Shown here in pieces: positions 34,949 through 45,369 of a stretch of 64,000 nucleotides of DNA (its first letter is position 1; the number at the start of each line of letters is the position of its first letter). The stretch is from Prevotella sp. (GTDB taxonomy: Bacteria > Bacteroidota > Bacteroidia > Bacteroidales > Bacteroidaceae). The stretch is from positions 9,739-73,738 of the forward strand of contig JAFQGS010000118.1 in assembly GCA_017415455.1 (NCBI GenBank), given 5' to 3'. The position numbers and the translations under genes are program-made. A model generated the notes under the pieces. That model searched no databases. It had not been told where the DNA came from and saw nothing but the letters and a program-made list of their open reading frames with translations.

Positions 34949-36985
34949 TTATTTCTGCTTTCTGAAATTCTCAAGTCCCTGGTCAAGGAACTTCAGATAT
35001 TCATCAACATCCTCCTTATAACTGCACGAGCGGCTGAGGGGTTTGCCCTGAGGGTCGAGAGCTATATAGAACGGTTGCATCAGGGCACCGAACTTGGTCT
35101 GCTGCAGATAGCTCCACTTCTCTCCTATCGTTCTCAGCGTTTTCTTCTTGCCATCCGGCAGAGTAACCTCTACTGGTGTCTTCAGCGGACGCTTGTCGTC
35201 AACATACAGCGAGATAAGTATGTAGTCATTGTTTAGCTTGTCGGCCACAGTCATGTCTGTCCATACGGCAGCCTCCATCTTACGGCAGTTCACACAACCG
35301 AAGCCGGTAAAGTCTATCAAAACAGGCTTGCCCTGTGCTGCCGCGGCAGCCATGCCTTGCTCATAATTATGGTATTTAGGTTTCACCTCACTGCTATACA
35401 GATTGAAGTCCTGTGTGTTGAGTGGAGGAGCGAAAGCACTTATAGCCTTACACGGAGCGCCCCACAATCCAGGAATCATATATACGGTGAACGCCAGTGA
35501 CACCATACCGAGCATTATACATACAACAGGCATTGGCTTTTCCTCTCCCACCATATCGCTCTGGAACTTCAGTTTGCCAATGAGATATAATCCCATCATA
35601 CCGAATATCACTATCCACAATGCAAGGAACACCTCTCTGTCGAGCAGTCCCCAGCCATAAGCGAGGTCGGCAACAGAGAAGAACTTCAAGGCGAAGGCAA
35701 GCTCTATGAATCCGAGCACCACCTTTATTGTGTTCATCCAACTGCCTGATTTTGGAGCCTGCTTCAGCCATGCGGGGAACAAGGCGAACAAGGTGAAAGG
35801 CAGTGCCAGGGCGAGCGCAAAGCCAAACATGCCAATGGCTGGTGCCAGGATGCTGTCTGTGGTGCTCACCTCTACAAGGAGAAATCCGATGATAGGTCCG
35901 GTGCAAGAGAAGGAAACAAGCGTAAGAGTAAACGCCATGAGGAAGATGCTCAGCAGACCGCTTGTCTCTGACGCCTTGTTGTCAATCTTGTTTGTCCACG
36001 AAGACGGCAGAGTGAGCTCAAACCATCCGAAGAACGACAAGGCAAACACCACCAGCAACAGACAGAAGAATATGTTCACCACCGAGTTAGTGGCCAGTGA
36101 GTTGGCAAAGTCGGCACCGAATATCATTGTGAATGCCAGGCCAAGTGTAAGATAAATCACTATTATTGACACGCCATAGGTGATGGCATCCTTTATACCT
36201 TTCTTCTTATCCTTAGTGCGCTTCAGGAAGAAACTTACGGTCATCGGAATGATTGGCCACACACATGGAGTGAACAACGCTATGAAGCCTCCGAGGAATC
36301 CCATGAGGAAAATATACATCCAAGAGCGGTCTGTGCTCTCCTCCTCTCCATTGAATGTCTGCAGCTCATCAATGACAGGAGTCCACAGGTCGTTTGCAAT
36401 AGATGCGCTGAGGGTGTCGTTCTCAGCAATGCTGTCCGCCGCTAATGCGGGAATGAGCGGCACAGAGTCGGCCTTCGCCTCTTCCGCTTCAGTCTCCTGC
36501 TTTGCCTCCGGCGCATCTGCTGGACCTTCACCCGTATATGCGAAATCTACAGTCATAGGCGGTGTGCAGTTCTCATCATTGCATGCGCCATACTCCAGAT
36601 ATCCCTTGATGTTATAGGTCTTTCCTGTAATCTGATATTTCTGTATGAATGTTACGCTGTTTTCGAAATAACGCAACTGCATATTGAAGTTAGAGTCGAA
36701 GCCGCTAATCTCCTTTCCCACAGCCTTCAGCGCTCCCATAGGCTTGGCACCTTCAGCATTCTCTGTTGTCAGTGTGGCAGATATAGGACCGCCTGCTGGC
36801 AGACCCGTAGAATAGACATGCCATCCGGCTTCTATCACACCCTTGAATATCACCTCCACCTCTGTTGATGACACTTGTTTTTTCTGCACGGTAAAGGTTG
36901 CTGGCTCATCCATCTGTGCCTTTGCAACCAGGGCAGACAGTACCATCACCATGGTCAGTAAAATTGTTCTCATTGTCATTTTCAT
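34949..36985 (-). CDS. dsbD: protein-disulfide reductase DsbD family (thiol:disulfide interchange protein)
   Basis: Signal peptide plus N-terminal DsbD-alpha-like domain, a multi-TM core with FTPCVWPIIPM and FSCTGPI Cys motifs, and a C-terminal thioredoxin fold with FGCVNC (CxxC). Confidence 0.87.
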   Translation of the reverse strand: MKMTMRTILLTMVMVLSALVAKAQMDEPATFTVQKKQVSSTEVEVIFKGVIEAGWHVYSTGLPAGGPISATLTTENAEGAKPMGALKAVGKEISGFDSNFNMQLRYFENSVTFIQKYQITGKTYNIKGYLEYGACNDENCTPPMTVDFAYTGEGPADAPEAKQETEAEEAKADSVPLIPALAADSIAENDTLSASIANDLWTPVIDELQTFNGEEESTDRSWMYIFLMGFLGGFIALFTPCVWPIIPMTVSFFLKRTKDKKKGIKDAITYGVSIIVIYLTLGLAFTMIFGADFANSLATNSVVNIFFCLLLVVFALSFFGWFELTLPSSWTNKIDNKASETSGLLSIFLMAFTLTLVSFSCTGPIIGFLLVEVSTTDSILAPAIGMFGFALALALPFTLFALFPAWLKQAPKSGSWMNTIKVVLGFIELAFALKFFSVADLAYGWGLLDREVFLALWIVIFGMMGLYLIGKLKFQSDMVGEEKPMPVVCIMLGMVSLAFTVYMIPGLWGAPCKAISAFAPPLNTQDFNLYSSEVKPKYHNYEQGMAAAAAQGKPVLIDFTGFGCVNCRKMEAAVWTDMTVADKLNNDYILISLYVDDKRPLKTPVEVTLPDGKKKTLRTIGEKWSYLQQTKFGALMQPFYIALDPQGKPLSRSCSYKEDVDEYLKFLDQGLENFRKQK

Positions 36986-37078
36986 TCTATTTTTTCAATG
37001 TCGTTATTATTCTATTATGCTTAAATAGTCATGATATTGCCCACGCCAGTGTGGCCAGGCATCAAAGCATTCTGCCGG

Positions 37079-38368
37079 CTACCGCTCACCTTTGCTTGTC
37101 ATTATGTCCAGCACAAAGCGGTCGGTCTCATCCATTCCACGGCTGCCTATAGAGGTAAGGTTGCGGATACTCTTGTCCACGTCATCGTCAATGATACCCT
37201 CCACAGATGTCACATACTTATGCTGTATCGCAAGCATGGCGCTCATGACTGCCGTTCCCACTCCTGTTGTAAGTTTCAGCGCACAACTTGGCTTGGCTCC
37301 GTCGCAAATCATTCCTGTAAGGTTGGCTATCATATTCTTAACCGAGTATGATACCTGTTCGTAGGTTCCGCCCATGAGATATGTAATGCCGCAACTGCTT
37401 CCTGTGCTTGCCACCACACAACCGCAAAGAGCCGACAACGAGCCAAGCGTCTGCTTGATGTATATGGCGGTAAGATTACTGAGCACCAAGGCGCGTATAA
37501 GTTCCTCCTCTGTGTTGTGATTCTCTTCCGCAAAGACCACTACCGGCATTGTGGCGCATATTCCCTGGTTGCCACTTCCGCTGTTGCTCATTACCGGTAT
37601 CATGGCTCCTGCCATTCGGGCATCACAGGCGCAACTTGTTGATGATAGTATCTTTGAGAAAATACTGTCGCCCATAATACCTTTCCCCAAAGGGCTGCAC
37701 ATTGTTTTTCCGAGCTGATGACCGTAATTGTCCCTCAGTCCGTCTTGTGCGGCAGCCTGGTTAAGTTTCTTAGCCTCGAGTATGAATCTCAGGTCCTCTA
37801 TATCTGTTGTATCAGCAAACTCGAAAACCTTCTTCAAATTCAGCGGCAGATTATCCGTAGCAACCTGCTCGGCGCTGTATGCTTTCTCAAGCAGCACCTC
37901 ATCGTCCTTGCTTATATGAGCGAAGTTAGTATGCTTGCCTTTTATAACGGCTCTCGTCTGATGATTGCCTGCAGAGCATACCACGGAGATGTAAAGCTTG
38001 TCCTTGTCGTCATTCTCCAATGATATACTTATACGGTCCTCCTCCAGGTATTTCTTCGCCTGTGCCACTGACTCCTTGTTGCAATCACGCAGCACCTCAA
38101 GTTCCAGTTCGGGCCTTCCTATCAGCGCGCCCAACGCTATGGCAATAGGCAGTCCTACCATTCCTGTCCCAGGTATACCCACGCCCATTGCGTTCTTCAG
38201 GATATTGGCGCTCAGACTTAGTTCTATCCTCTCAGGAACACACCCCAAAAGGGTTGCCGCCTTAGACACACATAATGCTACGGCTATCGGCTCTGTACAT
38301 CCTATGGCTGGTACTACCTGAGCACGAATCAGGTTTATGATTGCCGTACGTTCGTCTGCTGAAATCAT
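37079..38368 (-). CDS. L-cysteine desulfidase family protein (UPF0597/YhaM, serine dehydratase alpha-like)
   Basis: N-terminal VPAIGCTEPIAVAL motif shared with E. coli YhaM; 429 aa. Confidence 0.82.
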   Translation of the reverse strand: MISADERTAIINLIRAQVVPAIGCTEPIAVALCVSKAATLLGCVPERIELSLSANILKNAMGVGIPGTGMVGLPIAIALGALIGRPELELEVLRDCNKESVAQAKKYLEEDRISISLENDDKDKLYISVVCSAGNHQTRAVIKGKHTNFAHISKDDEVLLEKAYSAEQVATDNLPLNLKKVFEFADTTDIEDLRFILEAKKLNQAAAQDGLRDNYGHQLGKTMCSPLGKGIMGDSIFSKILSSTSCACDARMAGAMIPVMSNSGSGNQGICATMPVVVFAEENHNTEEELIRALVLSNLTAIYIKQTLGSLSALCGCVVASTGSSCGITYLMGGTYEQVSYSVKNMIANLTGMICDGAKPSCALKLTTGVGTAVMSAMLAIQHKYVTSVEGIIDDDVDKSIRNLTSIGSRGMDETDRFVLDIMTSKGER

Positions 38369-38472
38369 AAATATTAAATTAAAATACAGATTTATGAGTG
38401 CAAAATTACATATAAAAACACTAAATCATACTTATTTAAAGCGAAAAAATTGTGTATTTGATAATTAATAAC

Positions 38473-38480
38473 TACCTTTG
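38473..38480 (+). promoter_or_regulatory. -7 promoter box (TACCTTTG), greA
   Basis: TAnnTTTG-CA, 113 nt upstream of the greA start. The leader contains a terminator-like hairpin. Confidence 0.5.
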
Positions 38481-38517
38481 CAAAAGAATTTAGTAACAGA
38501 ACGAAACTGATAATAGT

Positions 38518-38560
38518 GGATTTCGGCATCACACGATGCCGAAATCCTTATTTTATTTCG
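38518..38560 (+). terminator. terminator-like hairpin inside the greA leader
   Basis: 13-bp perfect stem GGATTTCGGCATC-ACAC-GATGCCGAAATCC, followed by TTATTTTATTT. Lies between the greA promoter box and the start codon. Confidence 0.5.
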
Positions 38561-38592
38561 TACAAGAAAAACATTTAAAATCAATTATAATT

Positions 38593-39060
38593 ATGGCATA
38601 CATGTCACAAGAAGGCTACGACAAACTGGTGGCCGAACTTAAGCGCTTGGAAAGCATTGAGCGCCCAAAGGCTTCTGCAGCAATAGCAGAGGCCCGCGAT
38701 AAAGGAGACCTTAGTGAGAACTCAGAATATGATGCGGCAAAAGAGGCACAGGCCCATCTTGAAGACAAAATCAACCAGCTGAAACTCACTATTGCTGAGG
38801 CGAAGATTGTTGACACTTCACGTCTGAGCACCGACTGCGTACAGATTCTGTCAAAGGTGGATATGACAAATCTCGCCAACAACGCAAAGATGACCTATAC
38901 TATCGTAAGCGAGAACGAAGCGAACCTGCGCGAAGGTAAGATATCTATCAAAACACCTATTGCACAGGGACTGCTCAACAAGAAGGTTGGCGACGAGGTG
39001 GAGATAAAGATTCCAAACGGAACTATCAAGTTGCGAATTAACAACATCACAATAGACTAA
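38593..39060 (+). CDS. greA: transcription elongation factor GreA
   Basis: MSQEGYDKLVAELKRLE..RP coiled-coil N-terminus, acidic finger DLSENSEYDAAKE, and C-terminal globular domain. Start set at 38593, because the track's ATG at 38536 lies inside a hairpin arm. Confidence 0.92.
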   Translation: MAYMSQEGYDKLVAELKRLESIERPKASAAIAEARDKGDLSENSEYDAAKEAQAHLEDKINQLKLTIAEAKIVDTSRLSTDCVQILSKVDMTNLANNAKMTYTIVSENEANLREGKISIKTPIAQGLLNKKVGDEVEIKIPNGTIKLRINNITID

Positions 39061-39065
39061 TTATT

Positions 39066-39467
39066 ATGGCAGGAATATTCGCAAGGATAGCCGCTGGCGA
39101 GATACCAAGCTACAAATGTGCAGAGAATGACAAGTTTTACGCATTCCTTGACATCAACCCTATAGCAAAGGGACACACTCTGGTGATTCCACGCCGCGAG
39201 GTTGACTACATCTTTGACATGGAAGATGATGAGATTGCGGAGTTTCAGGTGTTCGCCAAGAAGGTTGCAACGGCACTAAAGGCTGCATTCCCCTGCATAA
39301 AGGTGGGTCAGGCTGTGCTTGGACTTGAGGTGCCTCATGCCCACATTCATCTCATTCCGATGCAGAGTGAAAAGGACATGTTATTCACCAACCCTAAGAT
39401 GAGGTTCACTGACGAGGAATTCAAGGACATTGCAAATAAGGTTTATACAGAGTTCTGCAAGCAATAA
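39066..39467 (+). CDS. HIT family protein
   Basis: Histidine triad HAHIHLIP; 133 aa. Confidence 0.9.
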   Translation: MAGIFARIAAGEIPSYKCAENDKFYAFLDINPIAKGHTLVIPRREVDYIFDMEDDEIAEFQVFAKKVATALKAAFPCIKVGQAVLGLEVPHAHIHLIPMQSEKDMLFTNPKMRFTDEEFKDIANKVYTEFCKQ

Positions 39468-39504
39468 CAAGAAAAACTGCATATAAATGTTCTTTGCAGA
39501 AGAA

Positions 39505-39542
39505 ACAAAAAAAATACGGATGAGCTAATCCGTATTTTTTGT
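39505..39542. terminator. bidirectional terminator between convergent HIT gene and mannose-1-P guanylyltransferase gene
   Basis: ATACGGAT-GAGCTA-ATCCGTAT hairpin, flanked by an A-run upstream and a T-run downstream. Confidence 0.6.
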
Positions 39543-39690
39543 TCCCACTAAAGAGCAGGGATAGTATTTCAGTTTTCACTCATCCACTACATCTAATACA
39601 TTCTCTCAACCTTCCGCTTTGTATGTTCAGAGAATGCAGACAGATAGACAAAGACCGCCTGATGTCTGCGGAAGGCAGGATGTTAGCGTA

Positions 39691-40785
39691 TCAGATAAAC
39701 TCATCACCGTACTTGAGCTGCACCTCATTGATATACTTACGTATCAATGCCGACGAGTCTTCCTTCTTGCATATCATCAGTACGTTACCCTTCTCTGCCA
39801 CTATATAGCCATCAAGACCGTGTATTATACCCATGTGGTCGGCAGGCAGCTTGATAATATTGTTATGACTGTTCTCCATAATCACTTGCGAAGCCACCAC
39901 AACATTATCTCCCTCTCCCCTACTTAGACTCTCATACATAGAATGCCATGTTCCAAGGTCAGCCCATCCAAATCCACATTCCATGACATAAACATTATCA
40001 TTCTTATCCAGTATTCCATAGTCGATAGACAAATTGGGATAAAGCGGGAACTTCTCTTTCACATATTTCAGCTCTTCCTCTATTGTCACCTCCTGCCCCT
40101 CTATGTCGATTATTCTCAACACTGGCGGGAATATACTCTTCAGGCATTCACGCAGATAACGCACATTAGCAAGGAAAAGACCCGTATTCCAATAGAACTC
40201 CCCATTCTCCATGAACATACGAGCAAAATCTCTGTCTGGCTTTTCTGTGAATGATTTCACCTTATACAGATTTCCCTCACCCACAGGCTCGCCCTTCTGT
40301 ATATATCCGTATCCCGGCTCCGGGCGCGTCGGCTTTACTCCTATCGTAAGCAGCGAGTCGTTATTGCCCACAAAGTCAAGAGCAGTCTGCAGGTTGTCAA
40401 TAAAAGCTTCCTCATTAAACACCGCTTGATCTGACGGCACAACAACAAGCCTTGCCTTTTTATTGGTGCGCAGCACACGGAACGTCGCCCATGCCACACT
40501 GGGAGCAGTATTGCGATGTATCGGCTCACTGAGCACATTGAAATGCGGCAATTCCGGAAGCTGCTCTCTTACAAGATGCTCATACTCCTGATTCGTACTT
40601 ACAAAAATGTTCTCTGGAACAATAAACTTCACAAGCCTGTCGTACGTCTGTTGCAGCAATGTGCGCCCCGTAGAGAAGAAATCCAGAAACTGCTTCGGGC
40701 AGTTCTCCCTGCTCACCGGCCACAGACGCCTACCCTTACCGCCTGCAAGAATCACACAAAAATTATCTCTGTTATATCTTTCCAT
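39691..40785 (-). CDS. mannose-1-phosphate guanylyltransferase (sugar-phosphate nucleotidyltransferase)
   Basis: VILAGGKGRRLWPVSRENCPKQF N-terminal signature. An alternative start lies 12 nt upstream at 40797. Confidence 0.85.
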   Translation of the reverse strand: MERYNRDNFCVILAGGKGRRLWPVSRENCPKQFLDFFSTGRTLLQQTYDRLVKFIVPENIFVSTNQEYEHLVREQLPELPHFNVLSEPIHRNTAPSVAWATFRVLRTNKKARLVVVPSDQAVFNEEAFIDNLQTALDFVGNNDSLLTIGVKPTRPEPGYGYIQKGEPVGEGNLYKVKSFTEKPDRDFARMFMENGEFYWNTGLFLANVRYLRECLKSIFPPVLRIIDIEGQEVTIEEELKYVKEKFPLYPNLSIDYGILDKNDNVYVMECGFGWADLGTWHSMYESLSRGEGDNVVVASQVIMENSHNNIIKLPADHMGIIHGLDGYIVAEKGNVLMICKKEDSSALIRKYINEVQLKYGDEFI

Positions 40786-40943
40786 ATAGAATATCAAAAC
40801 TTAAGGTTATGCCAGGAAACATTTCTTTATCCTTAGCGCTACTAAGGTACATAATAATAACGACACTGGCAACTATTTTATTACCTATCGTATGTATTTA
40901 AAGATTTTTTCGCCAAAAGTTTGTCATTTAATAAATATTTTTT

Positions 40944-40951
40944 TATCTTTG
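40944..40951 (+). promoter_or_regulatory. -7 promoter box (TATCTTTG), tRNA-Leu
   Basis: TAnnTTTG-CA, 24 nt upstream of the mature tRNA 5' end. Confidence 0.55.
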
Positions 40952-40974
40952 CACCGCCTTTAAGGAGGCATGAA

Positions 40975-41056
40975 GCCCAGATGGCGGAATCGGTAGACGC
41001 GCTGGTCTCAAACACCAGTGGGGCAACCCGTGCCGGTTCGACCCCGGCTCTGGGTA
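40975..41056 (+). tRNA. tRNA-Leu (anticodon CAA)
   Basis: Cloverleaf folded by hand. Acceptor GCCCAGA/TCTGGGT, anticodon stem CTGGT/ACCAG with loop CTCAAAC, long variable arm, T-arm GCCGG-TTCGACC-CCGGC. Promoter box upstream and terminator downstream. Confidence 0.9.
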
Positions 41057-41057
41057 C

Positions 41058-41101
41058 GAAGAAACACTCTGATAGATTAACTTCTTCAGAGTGTTTTTTT
41101 A
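41058..41101 (+). terminator. intrinsic terminator after tRNA-Leu
   Basis: AAACACTCTGA ... TCAGAGTGTTT stem, followed by TTTTTT. Confidence 0.7.
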
Positions 41102-41171
41102 CTTTCATACAAGACAAGTATTTAGTATAATATAATCACGAACCACAAATCAAAACAAACATTTTAACATC

Positions 41172-42452
41172 ATGAGCAGGAGATTATTCGGGATAATATC
41201 CATACTTTGTGTTTTTATGGTGAACTGCAATACTGCCACAGCAGACAACAAACCGCGTGTAGTGATAAGTACAGACATTGGAGGTACAGACCCCGATGAC
41301 AATCAGTCTATGGCTCACCTGCTGATGTACAGCGACTGCTTTGAATTGGAAGGTCTTGTGTCATCGCCTTCCTTCGGCAGTGGGTCAAAGGAAGAGATTC
41401 TAAGAATGATTGACTTGTACGAACATGATTTAAAGAAGCTCCGCAAACACAATAAAAAACTTATGTCGCCAAAGAAGCTGCGCTCTATATGCAAGCAGGG
41501 AGGCAGAGGCCGCTTTGACTTCATTGGTGCAGGAGCCTCCACCGAAGGCTCCGACTGGATAATAAAATGTGCGCTCAGGAAAAAGAGCCGTCCGCTGTGG
41601 GTGCTGGTATGGGGCGGACTGGAAGACCTTGCACAAGCCTTGCACGACGCGCCTGAAATAGCCGACAAGATTAAGGTGTACTGGATTGGCGGTCCTAACA
41701 AGAAGTGGTGTGTTAACAGCTACAACTACATTGCGGAGAACTTTCCCAACCTGTGGATGATAGAGAACAACGCCTCATACCGAGGATTCATAACCGACGG
41801 CAAAAACCCGGACAAGTACGAAGGCGGATATTACGAGTCGTGCATAGAAGGCAAAGGAGTACTGGGCGCAGACTTCAAAAACTATTACAAAGGCAAGGTT
41901 AAGATGGGCGACACTCCATCGTTGCTATACTTGATGAATGGAAATCCCGACAAACCAGAGGGAGAGTCGTGGGGCGGAAGTTTTGAGAAGACAGCCACCA
42001 GTCCCAAAACCATATTCACCCGCAACACCACAGAGAAAGACACCGTGGCTGTATATTCTGTGATTGAATACCGCCTTACAGGTCCTGTGACAAACATGCC
42101 GGCAGGAACCGAATGTTTCATATTCAACATCGACAAGCAAGACTGGCCCGGCTATTACTTAGGCAATGGCATCTATGCCATCAGATATGCGGCGAAAGCA
42201 CCTGCCATATTAAAATACACCATCACCTCCAGCATAAAAGAACTTAACGGGATGAGTGGAAGCATAACGATAAGCGCCCTATGGCCGGGCAAGGAAACAA
42301 ACAGCGCTTACGTCCTTGGCGACAATTGGTACACAGACAAGCAGTCTCCTGATCTATTCAAAGGAGCATGGCAGGGCTACAAGACAGTAGAGAAGTGGCG
42401 CAAGGATGTTCTCCGCGACTGGGAGAAACGCTGGGAGTGGTTGCAAGATTAG
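41172..42452 (+). CDS. DUF1593 domain-containing secreted protein (nucleoside-hydrolase-like fold)
   Basis: Signal peptide and VVISTDIGGTDPDDNQSMAHLLMYSD motif, which I associate with DUF1593. Confidence 0.72.
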   Translation: MSRRLFGIISILCVFMVNCNTATADNKPRVVISTDIGGTDPDDNQSMAHLLMYSDCFELEGLVSSPSFGSGSKEEILRMIDLYEHDLKKLRKHNKKLMSPKKLRSICKQGGRGRFDFIGAGASTEGSDWIIKCALRKKSRPLWVLVWGGLEDLAQALHDAPEIADKIKVYWIGGPNKKWCVNSYNYIAENFPNLWMIENNASYRGFITDGKNPDKYEGGYYESCIEGKGVLGADFKNYYKGKVKMGDTPSLLYLMNGNPDKPEGESWGGSFEKTATSPKTIFTRNTTEKDTVAVYSVIEYRLTGPVTNMPAGTECFIFNIDKQDWPGYYLGNGIYAIRYAAKAPAILKYTITSSIKELNGMSGSITISALWPGKETNSAYVLGDNWYTDKQSPDLFKGAWQGYKTVEKWRKDVLRDWEKRWEWLQD

Positions 42453-42572
42453 ACACACATAACGCCTCTGCCCCACTTCCACAAGCAGGCACACGCATTA
42501 AGGCACAATCAGGGAGAGAAGAACTGAGAGGATTCTCTTCATATCGGCACACCCATATCCTCTTAAATAAAA

Positions 42573-43055
42573 TCAATAGCTTTCAATAATACGTCTCAGT
42601 TTCTCGCGCGCCCTTTCCTTCCTTGACATCCTTTTTCTTTTAGAGAGCAGTTTGTTAAGCACTCCGAAGATGTTTACGCCGATAGTCATCGCACCCGATG
42701 TGTTGCGTTGAAAGACCTTTGCGTACTCCAGCCTGTTGTCTTCTGGCATCATGCTCTTAGGCTTGTTGAACTTGAATGTCGTCTGCTGCCTGGCAATATC
42801 GTTGGGCTTCACCCTTTTCCTGAAATCAGGTTCAATCGGTTTCAGAACATTCTCCCCAACTATCTCGTCCTTTATCGGCATATTTCGCACCCACTCCTCG
42901 TAGTCATCCTCAGCAGAACTGGATTTCTCGCGCTGCACTTCCAATTTGCGGCCATCGCCCTTTATTGTTTTGAGCGTATCGGTATCCCTTGTCTGTCCGA
43001 CGGCGAGACAGGAGATTATAAGCAATGTGGTAATAGTAAATAGGTGCAAAAACAT
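42573..43055 (-). CDS. hypothetical secreted protein
   Basis: 160-aa ORF with a hydrophobic N-terminal signal and a basic C-terminus. No recognised domain. Confidence 0.5.
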   Translation of the reverse strand: MFLHLFTITTLLIISCLAVGQTRDTDTLKTIKGDGRKLEVQREKSSSAEDDYEEWVRNMPIKDEIVGENVLKPIEPDFRKRVKPNDIARQQTTFKFNKPKSMMPEDNRLEYAKVFQRNTSGAMTIGVNIFGVLNKLLSKRKRMSRKERAREKLRRIIESY

Positions 43056-43213
43056 TTTGCAAAGTTACTATTACCACACTCCGCCCTATGTTAAGGCTAT
43101 ATTAAACAATCTTGATTTTTGTTTAATATAACTGATTTTTGTTTATTTTCATAAGTTGCCATCAGACTGTTAAAATCTTTTTGCAAAGCCTGAGAGCCAA
43201 CTCTTTTCAGTCC

Positions 43214-43948
43214 TTACTCCATCACCGTCACACGCATCTCGATGTCATCAACGGGGCGGTCGCCACGCGCTGTCGCAGTCTGCTGAATCATCTCTACGAC
43301 ATCCAGTCCCTCTTCCACCTCGCCAAATACGGTGTATTGTCCGTCAAGATGCGGAGTGCCGCCAACTGTTGAGTATATGGTGCGCTGCTCGTCGGTCATG
43401 CCGGCGCCCTGTGCCTTCACCTGCGCCTCCGCCTCGGCAGCCAGTTTCTCCTGCAGTTCCTGCAGTCCTGCGCGGTTGCGCTCACGACGCATCTGCATTA
43501 TCTCGTCATGATGTTCCTTTGCCAGTGCGTTGAACACCGCCTGCATCTGCTGCATCTCCATCTGCTTTGCGAACTGGCGAAGCTGTCCTTCTTTATACAT
43601 CTGTCCCCAAACTATGTAGAACTGCGATCCGCTGCTGCGTCGCTCCGGGTTCACCTCGTCACCCTGGCGTGCTGCCGCCAGCGCCCCGCGCTTATGATAG
43701 AGTCCGCTCTTTATCTCAGCCTCTATGGTATAGTCAGGACCGCCCACACCGAGCATCTTGCCCGCCGGCGCACCTTTTGAGTCGGGGTCGCCGCCCTGAA
43801 TCATAAAGTCCTTTATGACACGGTGGAACAATGTTCCGTCATAATACCCCTCCTTTGCCAGTTTCACGAAGTTGTCACGATGCAATGGAGTCTCATCATA
43901 AAGGCGCACGATGATGTCGCCCAACGTTGTCTGTATCTTAACTTTCAT
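43214..43948 (-). CDS. peptidylprolyl isomerase (cyclophilin type) with coiled-coil insertion
   Basis: FHRVIKDFMIQGGDP and SQFYIV cyclophilin motifs. Start set at MKVKIQTTLGD (43948), which removes the overlap with the upstream gene. Confidence 0.88.
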   Translation of the reverse strand: MKVKIQTTLGDIIVRLYDETPLHRDNFVKLAKEGYYDGTLFHRVIKDFMIQGGDPDSKGAPAGKMLGVGGPDYTIEAEIKSGLYHKRGALAAARQGDEVNPERRSSGSQFYIVWGQMYKEGQLRQFAKQMEMQQMQAVFNALAKEHHDEIMQMRRERNRAGLQELQEKLAAEAEAQVKAQGAGMTDEQRTIYSTVGGTPHLDGQYTVFGEVEEGLDVVEMIQQTATARGDRPVDDIEMRVTVME

Positions 43949-43958
43949 AAAATCTCTG

Positions 43959-44993
43959 TTATTTTGTATGCTGCTCACGTATCTCCTGCCACTTTTCCTT
44001 TGCCAGTTCCTGCATGTCAGCTATTTCGTCATTCTCGTCCACAATCTCCACACCGAGTATTGTCTCTATGACATCCTCCATGGTCACGATACCCCTCAGA
44101 CATCCATACTCATCTGTGATTATTGATATATGCTCCTTTGTCTCCAGCATCTTCTCCCAGATGTCATACACCTCCTCGTCCTCGGTGAACGAGAGTATCG
44201 GTCTTACAAACTCCGCCAGCGTGAGATTGAACTTATCCTCCGACAGTTTCTCCAGCACAGTGTCGCGCAGCACATATCCCGTGATATAGTCGTTGTCATC
44301 CTTATACACCGGTATTCTTGAGAAGGTATAGTCGCCTGTTGTGTAGAACTCCTTCAGCGTAGTGTCCTCGCGTGCCGACTCCACAACAAGGTGAGGAGTC
44401 ATTATCTCCTTAGCCGTGACATTAACAAGCTTGATGAAATTCTGTATTATCTTCTTCTCCTTCGGCTCAAACACACCTTCCTCAGCACCCACGTTCACCA
44501 TTGCCGACACCTCCTCGCGGCTTACCGACGCCTGCTGTGTCTTCGGAGTGAACACACGTGTGATAAACTCCGACAATATCACCAGCGGATACATCGTCAC
44601 CACCAGCACCTTGACAACCTTTGTCACCGGCATTGCCAGTGTGCGCCAGTAGTATCCGCCTATTGTCTTCGGTATAATCTCCGACAGCACAAGGATGAGC
44701 AGGGTGAGTATGGCTGATATAAGTCCAAAATACTCCTCGCCCCATATTCTCACGGCCTCCGCTCCCACTCCGGCGGCTCCGATGGTGTGGGCTATAGTGT
44801 TAAGCGAGAGTATCGCCGACACAGGCCGGTCAATATTATTCTTATACTCCTTCATGAGTGTTGCCGTTTTGTTTCCCTCATTCTCTTTCATCGATATGAA
44901 AGACATCGGAGTTGACAGCAGTACTGCTTCAAGCACTGAGCATAGAAACGACAAAGCAAGTGCACCGAAAAGGTACAGAAACATCAATCCCAT
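43959..44993 (-). CDS. hemolysin family protein (CNNM/DUF21 transmembrane domain plus CBS pair)
   Basis: N-terminal four-TM DUF21-like region followed by a tandem CBS-like region. The CorC/HlyC C-terminal domain appears to be absent. Confidence 0.85.
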   Translation of the reverse strand: MGLMFLYLFGALALSFLCSVLEAVLLSTPMSFISMKENEGNKTATLMKEYKNNIDRPVSAILSLNTIAHTIGAAGVGAEAVRIWGEEYFGLISAILTLLILVLSEIIPKTIGGYYWRTLAMPVTKVVKVLVVTMYPLVILSEFITRVFTPKTQQASVSREEVSAMVNVGAEEGVFEPKEKKIIQNFIKLVNVTAKEIMTPHLVVESAREDTTLKEFYTTGDYTFSRIPVYKDDNDYITGYVLRDTVLEKLSEDKFNLTLAEFVRPILSFTEDEEVYDIWEKMLETKEHISIITDEYGCLRGIVTMEDVIETILGVEIVDENDEIADMQELAKEKWQEIREQHTK

Positions 44994-45120
44994 ATTAATT
45001 TCTGATTTTTAAACGTTTCGGAAAAAGACATAAAAATATGTTGTGACACGAGAAGGCACAACATCATTATTATAAGTATCAAACAATTACAATCAAGCGG
45101 TATATCGTCCATATCGACTG

Positions 45121-45128
45121 CAAAGATA
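45121..45128 (-). promoter_or_regulatory. -7 promoter box (TATCTTTG), CNNM-PPIase operon
   Basis: TAnnTTTG-CA on the minus strand, about 128 nt upstream of the ATG at 44993. Confidence 0.4.
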
Positions 45129-45369
45129 TAAAAATAGCTTCTTATTATAAAAATAAAAGACGGTTAATTTATTCAAAACGTCATTTTCCTGCGTTTTACT
45201 TCACTTTTCCGCCATTTCCCGACGCATTTTCCGTCCCAAAGCATCACATACGGCAAGCAAACCTGTTCAGAACATTTTATGCCAAAACAGATGATTTTGC
45301 GCCCATTGCCACCTGTCGCCGTCTTTCATATTGTCACTATTTTCATCCTTTTACTGACATTCTGCTCTC

